A program made the position numbers and the translations under genes. This document shows positions 40,852 to 49,091 of a DNA stretch of 64,000 nt, piece after piece. Below the pieces are notes generated by a model. That model saw nothing but the letters and a program-made list of their open reading frames with translations. It was not told the origin of the DNA and did no database searches. The stretch is from the NCBI GenBank assembly GCA_937927755.1, contig CALBDB010000052.1, positions 12,265 to 76,264 of the forward strand. The letters run 5' to 3'. Within the stretch, counting starts at the first letter, position 1. The number at the start of each line of letters is the position of its first letter. The stretch comes from an uncultured Lysobacterales bacterium. GTDB lineage: Bacteria > Pseudomonadota > Gammaproteobacteria > Xanthomonadales > SZUA-36.

Positions 40852-41842
40852 GATAGCGCTCCAGTGGCAGCCTCAATGTAAAACGGCTGCCGGTATCCAG
40901 TGGCGCATAGCTAAGAAGGCCGTTATGGGCGGCGGCGATCTGTTGCGCCAGCGCGAGGCCCAGTCCTGTGCCATCCCGGCGGCCGGTGACCATTGGCAGA
41001 AATAACATGCTACGCAGAGATTCCGGTACACCGCAGCCGTTATCCTGGATATCAAGCCGGAGCGCACTGCCGCAGCCGGGTTGAAGCATGGCGCTATCGT
41101 AATCAACACGAGTGCGGATTTTTATCTCGCTGGCGCCAGCCTGGAATGCATTGAGCAAAAGATTCAGAAGTAATTGCCTTATTGCTGTTGCATCAAGTGA
41201 AATCCCGGGAATACTGGGGTCGTAATCGTGGATGATCTTTACGCTTTCGGCAGACTCCAGCCTGAGTAGCTCGGTGGTTTCCTGCAGAACAAAATGTATG
41301 TCGGCCGGGCTGCACTCGAGTTCGGGCTGGCCAAAGCGCGCCAACAGTTCGTCGATGCGGTCGACCTCGCGCATGATCAACTCCGCCAACGTACCCAGTT
41401 CGCGGCCGTTCAACTCGGCCGCCATCATTTGCGCGGCGCCACGAATCCCGCCCAGCGGGTTGCGGATTTCATGCCCGAGATTACGCCTCAACAGGTCCAT
41501 CATTCCGGTCTGGACTTCACGTTGTTGCAGCTTGCTCTGTTGCAACTGCCACCTGAGGTCATAAAACTCCAGCAGCATGTGCTGTGACGGCAGGGGCTGG
41601 ATGGTGCAGTCGAACCAGCCGCCAGCCAGTTCGCATTCGCGAACATGGCGGCCACGCTGTTCGGCTGCTGTTGCTGCAATCGCATCCGTCAGTATTTCGG
41701 GAATCCGTTCAAAAGCGGAGAAAAGGTTGCCATGGGCGCGCTCCCTGCCAATTGCCAGACAATGCTCGGCGGCAGCGTTCATGTGCAGGACACAGCCTTG
41801 CTCATCGAGTTCTACAACTGCGGTCGAAAGCGAATCAAGCAT
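40844..41842 (-). CDS. ntrB: Nitrogen regulation sensor kinase NR(II)
   Basis: 332 aa. PAS-like N-terminus, H-box 'LGHEIRNPLGGIRGAAQ', 'DNGCGVP', 'GTGLGLALAQ'. Overlaps ntrC by 8 nt. Confidence 0.85.
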   Translation of the reverse strand: MLDSLSTAVVELDEQGCVLHMNAAAEHCLAIGRERAHGNLFSAFERIPEILTDAIAATAAEQRGRHVRECELAGGWFDCTIQPLPSQHMLLEFYDLRWQLQQSKLQQREVQTGMMDLLRRNLGHEIRNPLGGIRGAAQMMAAELNGRELGTLAELIMREVDRIDELLARFGQPELECSPADIHFVLQETTELLRLESAESVKIIHDYDPSIPGISLDATAIRQLLLNLLLNAFQAGASEIKIRTRVDYDSAMLQPGCGSALRLDIQDNGCGVPESLRSMLFLPMVTGRRDGTGLGLALAQQIAAAHNGLLSYAPLDTGSRFTLRLPLERYHG

Positions 41843-41860
41843 GGGATGTGGGTCAAAAGA

Positions 41861-42457
41861 TCAACCACCTCTGGGTGTCGGGCGTGGCCGGTTATACAGA
41901 CCCGGCCTCCTTATGAAAAACGTGACAGGTTCAGCCATGGCGACCCTGCGATTTTTTGCGTCTGTCAATTCAGCCGTTACCGTGTGTTCCCCGCGCTCCA
42001 GTCCTGTTACCGCTATCACCTGCTCCGTGGTCGGCGTTTGCCTGACGCCGTCCACCGATACGGTTACCTGCATACCAGGTTGTAACTGGTAACGCGCATT
42101 CCAGGCCACGGTTATGACATCTTCAGGGTGCCAGACTGACTCTTCCTGCTGCGGGGCAACGATGGCAAAATCGGCGTAGTTTTTGCGCATGTAGCCGAGC
42201 GACATTTCCTTGCCACCCTCACCCTCGGTAGCTTCTTCCGTCGACTTGACCGGTTTTTGATACGTTGGGGCTTCGATGATGCTTAGCGGACGCAATTCGA
42301 TCGGCTGTGAGCCGTCCCCCGGCGGTTGATCGGTAAAGGTTACGTTTCCCTCTTCATCGACGGTCTTGTAAACCTGTGCTGTCAACGTCCCGGCTGCTAA
42401 AAGCAGGGAAATCGTAACCAGGGCCAGTAAGAATGCTTTGTAAGTGCTTAGTTTCAT
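41861..42457 (-). CDS. DUF4124-like secreted protein
   Basis: Signal peptide and 'VYKTVDEEGNVTFTDQPP', the DUF4124 signature as remembered. It sits between glnA and ntrB. Confidence 0.6.
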   Translation of the reverse strand: MKLSTYKAFLLALVTISLLLAAGTLTAQVYKTVDEEGNVTFTDQPPGDGSQPIELRPLSIIEAPTYQKPVKSTEEATEGEGGKEMSLGYMRKNYADFAIVAPQQEESVWHPEDVITVAWNARYQLQPGMQVTVSVDGVRQTPTTEQVIAVTGLERGEHTVTAELTDAKNRRVAMAEPVTFFIRRPGLYNRPRPTPRGG

Positions 42458-42490
42458 CGTCAGGCTCCATGCTCATTCCAACCTTGTGCA

Positions 42491-42539
42491 CCCCGCTTGC
42501 GCGGGGCGTGCCGGTTTCCGTGGAACTGCCGATCGGCAG
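42491..42539 (-). terminator. Two hairpins downstream of glnA (possible attenuator or partial terminator)
   Basis: 14-nt perfect palindrome CTGCCGATCGGCAG (42526-42539) and CCCCGC-TTGC-GCGGGG (42491-42506). There is no clear U-tract, so the function is uncertain. Confidence 0.25.
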
Positions 42540-42581
42540 CTCCCAAGTGCCCTGATAACCTTAATATCGAGAGTCAGAGCA

Positions 42582-43991
42582 CTAAATAGAATAATACATA
42601 TCAAACTCAACCGGGTGAGTGGACATGCGGAAACGCGTGACCTCTTCCATCTTGAGAGCGATGTAACCATCAATCAGGTCATCATCAAATACGCCACCTG
42701 CCTTCAGGAAATCCCTGTCCGCATCCAGTGCCTCAAGTGCCTGGTCGAGGCTGGAGCATACTGTCGGAATTGCCTTGACCTCTTCGGAAGGCAGATCGTA
42801 TAAATCCTTGTCCATGGCCGGACCCGGATCGATTTTGTTAATGATTCCATCGACACCAGCCATCATCATGGCTGCAAACATCAGGTAGCCATTACCCGCC
42901 GGGTCACCGAAACGTACCTCGATACGGCGGCCCTTGGGGTTGCCGACATGCGGTATACGGCAGGATGCCGAGCGGTTACGGGCTGAATAAGCCAACATGA
43001 CGGGGGCTTCAAAACCCGGAACCAGGCGTTTGTAGCTATTGGTCGAGGCGTTTGCAAATGCGTTCAGCGCCCTGGCGTGCTTGAAGATACCGCCGATGTA
43101 ATGCAGGGCCGTGGTTGAAAGACCACCGTATTCTTCACCGGCAAACAGGTTCTCACCGCCTTTGAACAATGACATATGTACATGCATACCGGAACCATTG
43201 TCACCAACCAGCGGCTTGGGCATGAATGTAGCGGTACGGCCGGTTGCGTGGGCAACATTGTGAGTTGCGTACTTGAACATCAGCAACTCATCCGCCTTGC
43301 GCGTCAATGTGTTGAACTTGGTGCCAATCTCACACTGGCCTGCAGTTCCTACCTCATGGTGGTGAACTTCGACCTCTACGCCCATTTCTTCCATCACTTT
43401 GCAGATGTTCGCGCGCACGTCGTGCAGGCTGTCAACGGGTGGCACCGGGAAATAGCCGCCTTTTACCCGTGGGCGATGGCCATGGTTGCCTTCTTCATAG
43501 TCCGCACCGGTATTCCAGTCACCTTCTTCCGAATCAATGGTGAAGAAGGTTGAATGCATATCCGTACCAAAGCTGACGCTGTCAAATACGAAAAATTCAG
43601 GCTCGGGACCAAAATATGCTGCGTCTGCAACCCCGCTGGACTGCAGGAAAGCCTCGGCGCGCTTGGCCACGGACCTTGGACAACGGTTGTAACCTTCCAT
43701 GGTGTCGGGCTCGAGCACATCGCAACGCAATACCAGGGTGCTGTGCTCCATAAAGGGATCCATCACCGCTGAATCGGCATCCGGCATCAACACCATGTCT
43801 GATTCATTGATGCCTTTCCAGCCCTTGATGGAAGAGCCATCAAACATTTTGCCTTCTTCAAAAAAATCTTCATCAACCACGCTTACGGGCATGGTGACGT
43901 GCTGTTCCTTACCTGCGGTATCACAAAACCGCAAATCAACAAATTCAACTTCCTTATCGATGATCATCTTCTGGATGTTTTCTACGCTCAT
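42582..43991 (-). CDS. glnA: Glutamine synthetase type I
   Basis: 469 aa with 'FDGSSIKGW', '[10 protein letters not shown]', '[13 protein letters not shown]', and the adenylylation-site region 'MDKDLYDLP'. Confidence 0.97.
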   Translation of the reverse strand: MSVENIQKMIIDKEVEFVDLRFCDTAGKEQHVTMPVSVVDEDFFEEGKMFDGSSIKGWKGINESDMVLMPDADSAVMDPFMEHSTLVLRCDVLEPDTMEGYNRCPRSVAKRAEAFLQSSGVADAAYFGPEPEFFVFDSVSFGTDMHSTFFTIDSEEGDWNTGADYEEGNHGHRPRVKGGYFPVPPVDSLHDVRANICKVMEEMGVEVEVHHHEVGTAGQCEIGTKFNTLTRKADELLMFKYATHNVAHATGRTATFMPKPLVGDNGSGMHVHMSLFKGGENLFAGEEYGGLSTTALHYIGGIFKHARALNAFANASTNSYKRLVPGFEAPVMLAYSARNRSASCRIPHVGNPKGRRIEVRFGDPAGNGYLMFAAMMMAGVDGIINKIDPGPAMDKDLYDLPSEEVKAIPTVCSSLDQALEALDADRDFLKAGGVFDDDLIDGYIALKMEEVTRFRMSTHPVEFDMYYSI

Positions 43992-44047
43992 GTCATTGTT
44001 CCTATGCTATTTCCTGGATTAAGGTCCAAAATGGGTCACTATGTATA

Positions 44048-44063
44048 TGCAGAAGTCATGCCA
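44048..44063 (-). promoter_or_regulatory. sigma54 (-24/-12) promoter of glnA
   Basis: The minus strand reads TGGCAT-GACTT-CTGCA, with GG and GC at the correct 10-nt spacing. It lies about 57-72 nt upstream of the glnA ATG, and an AGGAA Shine-Dalgarno follows. Confidence 0.6.
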
Positions 44064-44197
44064 AAAGCGTATAAAAATCAGAATTGATCACAGCACACAA
44101 ATTTAAGATTTTAAGTGCGTCTTCACAGCATTTAATGACATTTTAGCAACTTTTGCATCATGTTAAAGAACTCAGCGCAGATTGATGAATTCAGTAA

Positions 44198-44244
44198 TGC
44201 ACCATTATCGCACCAATTAGATTTGTTTGCACTATTTTGGTGCG
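44198..44244. promoter_or_regulatory. NtrC enhancer-like sites upstream of glnA
   Basis: 44228-44244 'TGCACTATTTTGGTGCG' fits the GCAC-N7-GTGC dyad of the NtrC consensus (TGCACCA-N3-TGGTGCA). 44198-44215 'TGCACCATTATCGCACCA' has one good half-site. The sites are about 140-185 nt upstream of the sigma54 promoter. Confidence 0.5.
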
Positions 44245-44252
44245 TTTTTTGG

Positions 44253-45041
44253 CTAGAATGCGAACCAAAGCAGTGCCACACCCAATGCCAGCCGGTAAAT
44301 AACGAAAGGAACAAGGCCAACGCGCTGCAGCAGCGCAAGAAATGCAGCGATACACAACCAGCCCGCGACGGCGGAAAGCACGACCGCGAGGCCAAACTGA
44401 AACCAGTCAATGGGCGCCTGGTGCCACAACATACGCAACACACCAAAGCCACCGGCCGCCGCGATGACAGGAATAGCCAGGAGAAATGAAAATCGTGCGG
44501 CGCTATCGGCGCTAAAGCCAAGCATACGCCCCATGGTAATGGTGATTCCCGAGCGGGATGTGCCGGGCACCAGTGCCAACACCTGTGCAAAGCCGATGAT
44601 AATACCGGCCTTCATGCCCATATCCGGCATATGCTTGCTGCGGTCAAAGCGGGCGTCCGCCCACCACAACAGCAAACCAAAACCGATAGTGCTGTAAGCG
44701 ATCACCCTGGCGTCCCTGAGCGCCGATTCGACCAGGGTGTGAAGCAGGCCGCCAAAAATAATCGCAGGGATACTGGCTACAAGCAGGGTCATGCCGAGCT
44801 TTCGCGCTGTTTCATCGCCATCGGCTCTGAACCACGGTGTAAGCATGCCCCGCAGGTCGTTGCGGAAGTACACCAGCACAGCCAGCAAGGTACCCAGGTG
44901 CGTGGCGACATCAAATACCAGGCCCTGGTCGGGCCAACCAAAGACCTTGCTGCCGAGGATCAGGTGGGCGGAACTGGATACCGGCAAAAACTCGGTCAGG
45001 CCCTGTATCAGGGATAAAACTATGATTTGAACCAGCGTCAT
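44253..45041 (-). CDS. uppP: Undecaprenyl-diphosphate phosphatase
   Basis: 262 aa, polytopic, with 'GLTEFLPVSSSAHL' and 'PGTSRSGITI' BacA motifs. Confidence 0.9.
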   Translation of the reverse strand: MTLVQIIVLSLIQGLTEFLPVSSSAHLILGSKVFGWPDQGLVFDVATHLGTLLAVLVYFRNDLRGMLTPWFRADGDETARKLGMTLLVASIPAIIFGGLLHTLVESALRDARVIAYSTIGFGLLLWWADARFDRSKHMPDMGMKAGIIIGFAQVLALVPGTSRSGITITMGRMLGFSADSAARFSFLLAIPVIAAAGGFGVLRMLWHQAPIDWFQFGLAVVLSAVAGWLCIAAFLALLQRVGLVPFVIYRLALGVALLWFAF

Positions 45042-46135
45042 TGCGTGTAGCTGATCCTGTAAATAACGTCGGCATAGTCATCCGATACCAACAAGGCGCC
45101 ATCCGGCATCACCAGCACATCATTTGGCCGCCCCAGGGTTTCCTGGCCCTGCAACCAGCCACTGGCGAATACCTGTTTATCCAGCACTGTTCCATCAGCC
45201 TGCACATCGAGAACGAGGACACGGTAGCCGACTTTTTCAGTACGGTTCCATGAGCCATGCTGCGTGATAAATAACCGGTTTTTATACTCGGTTGGAAACA
45301 TATCCCCGGTGTAGAAAGCCAGTCCAAGCGGTGCGGCATGCGGAGCGAGCTTTGCTACCGGCGGGGTGTAATCGTCGCAATTCTTGCCCTTACCGAACTC
45401 TTCATCCAGTAAATCACCCTGGTGGCAGTACGGAATACCAAAGTGCATACCGCTTTTCGGTGCATGGTTCAGCTCATCGGCTGGAAGATCATCGCCCAGC
45501 ATGTCTTTGCCGTTATCGGTAAACCACAATTCGCCATTTTCCGGATGAAACGCCAGGCCCACGCTGTTTCGCACACCTTCGGCGAAAGTCTCAAGACCAC
45601 TTCCATCCGGGTTCATCCGGCGGATCAGGCCAAATCCCTCCTCGTCACACATATTGCACGGGACGCCGATCGGGATATACAACTTGCCATCCGGTCCAAA
45701 TCGCAGATATTTCCAGCCATGGTGTCTTTCATCGGGAAATGCGTCACTGACAACGACCGGCGCAGGCGGCTGATCAAGCTTCGATTCAATATCGTCATAA
45801 CGCAATATGCGGTCTACCGCACCGACATAAAGAGCACCATCGCGAAACTCCAAACCGGACGGCATCGTCAAATCGCTGTCAATCAGCCTGACCTTGTCAG
45901 CACGCTGATCATTGTCCGTATCAGAGATTGCCCACAATTTCCCGGCGCGTCTGCTGCCGGCAAACACCGTGCCGCTCTCGCCGAGCGCCATTTGCCGGGC
46001 GTTCTCAACACCTTCTGCGTACACCGAAATTGAAAAACCATCCGGTAGTTTGATGATGTCCAACTCAACCTCGGCCAGGCTGGACTGAACCGGGAGGAGG
46101 GCCAATAACAGCATGCAGAACCTGAGTGTTTTCAT
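45038..46135 (-). CDS. PQQ-dependent sugar (glucose/sorbosone) dehydrogenase-family beta-propeller
   Basis: 365 aa with a signal peptide, and 'GELWFTDNGKDMLGDDLPADELN', 'HFGIPYCHQG', 'LFITQHGSWNR'. Confidence 0.8.
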   Translation of the reverse strand: MKTLRFCMLLLALLPVQSSLAEVELDIIKLPDGFSISVYAEGVENARQMALGESGTVFAGSRRAGKLWAISDTDNDQRADKVRLIDSDLTMPSGLEFRDGALYVGAVDRILRYDDIESKLDQPPAPVVVSDAFPDERHHGWKYLRFGPDGKLYIPIGVPCNMCDEEGFGLIRRMNPDGSGLETFAEGVRNSVGLAFHPENGELWFTDNGKDMLGDDLPADELNHAPKSGMHFGIPYCHQGDLLDEEFGKGKNCDDYTPPVAKLAPHAAPLGLAFYTGDMFPTEYKNRLFITQHGSWNRTEKVGYRVLVLDVQADGTVLDKQVFASGWLQGQETLGRPNDVLVMPDGALLVSDDYADVIYRISYTQ

Positions 46136-46213
46136 GCCGGCTATGGTAGCAGCAGATCAGGCGCCCTACATCATTGAAAATCATTAGAGCAATACACTTG
46201 TGCATGCCATAGA

Positions 46214-48787
46214 ATGAGCGCTTCATTTGAAAAACTGATGGAATCAAGCATGCGTTTACCAGCCCTTGTTTTTGGAATCCTGTTGTCGGCCGCCACAATG
46301 GCAATGCCGTCTGCCGAATATCTGCCCAAAGATGCAAACCTTGACACTTCGATACCGTCACCAGAGTCGGTGTTTGGGTGGGAACCGGGCGACTGGCGTG
46401 TCCATCACCCCGACCTGGTGCGCTACATGTATACGCTGGCTGAAAAATCGGACCGCGTCAGTATCAAGGTCACCGGTCAAACCTATGAGCAAAGACCGTT
46501 ACTGCAACTGGTCATCAGTTCCGAAGAGAATCAGCCACGGATAGAAGAACTGCGCCAGGCACACCTGGATTCTGTGCAATCCGGTGATACTGATTCCCCG
46601 CTGGTCGTGTGGCTGGGCTACAGCGTGCATGGTGACGAATCCAGTGGTAGTAATGCCGCACCCATCGTGGCCTGGTACCTGGCGGCATCGCAATCCGAAT
46701 TTGTCAAAGACCTGCTGAAGAACACCATCATCATCATTGACCCCAGCCTGAATCCGGATGGCCTTGACCGCTTTGCAAGCTGGTCCAACTCCAACCGCAG
46801 CCTGACTGCCGTGGGTGACCGCAATGGCCGCATTCACAACCAGGCCTGGCCACCGGGAAGAACCAACCACTACCTGTTTGACCTGAACCGCGACTGGTTA
46901 CCCATAGTTCACCCCGAGTCGCGCGCACGGATCACCGAGTATCACCGCTGGATACCGCATGTGCTAACGGACCACCATGAAACCTGGCACGATGGGTTTT
47001 TCTTCCAGCCCGGTGTGCCCAGCAGGCAGAACCCGCTGACCACACCGGAAAACCTCGAAATGACCCGCGCGCTGGCCACCTACCACGCCCAAAGCCTGGA
47101 TAGCGCCGGTGAAATGTATTTCACCGAGGATAACTATGACGATTTTTACTACGGTAAAGGCTCAACCTATCCGGATATCAACGGCAGCATCGGCATCCTG
47201 TTTGAACAACCGAATATCAGGGGTGCTGTAAGCAACCGCGATTCCGGTCCGCTGACCTTCAAAGCGGCCATCCATAACCAGGTGCGCACATCCATATCAA
47301 CGCTCAAAGGGTCCCACGAATTGCGCAACGACCTGCATCAATACCAGGCCGGGTTTTTCCGGGCGATGGAGCGAGGGGCTGACAAGGCAGGTTTCCAGGC
47401 CTGGGTGATAGGCGACGATAACGATCCCGCCCGCGCTGCAGCACTGCTGGATGTGTTCGAACGCCACCAGGTTGAGTACCGCGCCCTGGACAGCGAGATT
47501 GAAGCCGGAGGACATGTCTTTACGCCGGGCCACGCCTGGGTGGTGCCGGTAAAACAACGTCAGTACGGGCTGGCGATGGCCATGCTCGAAACACGCACCA
47601 GCTTTGAGGACAACAGCTTCTACGATGTTTCCGCCTGGAACCAGGCGATGGCCTATAACCTGCCCTACGCATCGTTGGAGCGTATGCCCGCCACAACCGA
47701 AAACAGCGCTTCACCCGCATTGAGCCAACCCGATCCGAAAGCCGTGGGCTGGATCATTTCGTGGCAACAAGTCAACGCGCCCGCCGTGTTGCAAAAGTTG
47801 CTGACCGCCGGCGCCAGGGTCCGCGCCGCAACCAAACCATTCAGTATCAGCAACGGCTCCGGCACCAGCAGCTTCAGCGAAGGCAGCCTCGTGATGTTGG
47901 CCGGCTCTCAAGATGAAGAAAAAATGGGGGCCATTCTCGAAGTTCTCCAACAGGCCTCGAGCAGCTACGTTGATGTTGTTTCGTATAACACCCAGATGAC
48001 CACGAATGGCCCCGGCCTGGGTACAAGTCACTTCAAACATATACCCGTCATCAAGCCGTTGCTAATCGTTGGCGATGGAACACGGGCCTACGATGCCGGT
48101 GAGGCCTGGTTCCAACTCGACCGGCGTCTCGGTGTCGAACCGGTCATGGTCAATATGTCCCGTCTTAAATTGCTCAACCTGAATGACTACACGCATTTGC
48201 TGATGGTTGAAGGCAGCTACGCCGCCATTGGCAAAGAGCTGAAGGCTCGAATCGCTACCTGGGTGAAGGACGGCGGCATACTTGTCGCAATCCAGGGTGC
48301 AGCTACCTGGGCTGAGTCCCTGTGTTTTGAAAGCAAGGAATGTGAACAGAAAGCGGCAGAGGAAAAGAAAGAAGAAGCCCCCCAAAACATGGCATACGGC
48401 GATTTTGAAGACCAGAGGGCACAACGTACTATCAGCGGCGCCATCGTAAATGCACTGGTCGACACATCTCACCCCGTTACCTATGGCTACCGCGAAACCA
48501 TGCCGGTATTCCGTCGCGGAACCACACTTCTGAAGGCAAGTGATAACGCATTCGCCATGCCGGTACGTTACACCAAAGAACCACTCTTGAGCGGTTACAT
48601 CGGGGAACAGCGATTGGCCGAGATGAGCGGCCAACCGGCTGTCATTGCCGAGCGACATAACAAGGGCTTGGTGGTGCGTTTTGCCAACAATCCTTTGTTC
48701 CGCGGATTCTGGCGTGGGACTGAAAGAATGTGGGTCAATTCGATCTATTTCGGGCCACTGATCGATGCAACAAAATTACCGAAATAA
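46214..48787 (+). CDS. M14-family zinc carboxypeptidase with large C-terminal extension
   Basis: 857 aa with a signal-like 'LPALVFGILLSAATMA', the zinc motif 'SVHGDESSG' (HXXE), and 'DPSLNPDG'. The ~450-aa C-terminal region has unclear family. The start may be an internal Met. Confidence 0.8.
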   Translation: MSASFEKLMESSMRLPALVFGILLSAATMAMPSAEYLPKDANLDTSIPSPESVFGWEPGDWRVHHPDLVRYMYTLAEKSDRVSIKVTGQTYEQRPLLQLVISSEENQPRIEELRQAHLDSVQSGDTDSPLVVWLGYSVHGDESSGSNAAPIVAWYLAASQSEFVKDLLKNTIIIIDPSLNPDGLDRFASWSNSNRSLTAVGDRNGRIHNQAWPPGRTNHYLFDLNRDWLPIVHPESRARITEYHRWIPHVLTDHHETWHDGFFFQPGVPSRQNPLTTPENLEMTRALATYHAQSLDSAGEMYFTEDNYDDFYYGKGSTYPDINGSIGILFEQPNIRGAVSNRDSGPLTFKAAIHNQVRTSISTLKGSHELRNDLHQYQAGFFRAMERGADKAGFQAWVIGDDNDPARAAALLDVFERHQVEYRALDSEIEAGGHVFTPGHAWVVPVKQRQYGLAMAMLETRTSFEDNSFYDVSAWNQAMAYNLPYASLERMPATTENSASPALSQPDPKAVGWIISWQQVNAPAVLQKLLTAGARVRAATKPFSISNGSGTSSFSEGSLVMLAGSQDEEKMGAILEVLQQASSSYVDVVSYNTQMTTNGPGLGTSHFKHIPVIKPLLIVGDGTRAYDAGEAWFQLDRRLGVEPVMVNMSRLKLLNLNDYTHLLMVEGSYAAIGKELKARIATWVKDGGILVAIQGAATWAESLCFESKECEQKAAEEKKEEAPQNMAYGDFEDQRAQRTISGAIVNALVDTSHPVTYGYRETMPVFRRGTTLLKASDNAFAMPVRYTKEPLLSGYIGEQRLAEMSGQPAVIAERHNKGLVVRFANNPLFRGFWRGTERMWVNSIYFGPLIDATKLPK

Positions 48788-49091
48788 TCAGCTAGATGCG
48801 AATGATTTGTATCATTATTGTCTAACATCAACTATAACTAGATACATATTAATGCGTAAAACGCGGTTTTAAGGTAAGAAACCATTTAAGAGATTTAACT
48901 AAAAATACAAGCCAATTTCTGATTATTTGTAAGCCTGACAGGGCTTTAGGTAAATCAGTCAATCGGCCTGTCGTTAACTGCGGGGGTAGAAACGACTTGT
49001 CCTTTGTCGGGGAATTAAAACGCCGGTACGTCTTTCGTGCCGGCTTTACATACTCAAATACCATTTCTGTGTGTGTTGCGGGAGGCTTTGA

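Noticed and set aside
44144-44157. sigma54-like 'TAGCAACTTTTGCA' on the plus strand between glnA and uppP.
   Set aside because: The GG/GC spacing is two nucleotides too short. The first G is replaced by A, and it points away from any plus-strand gene.
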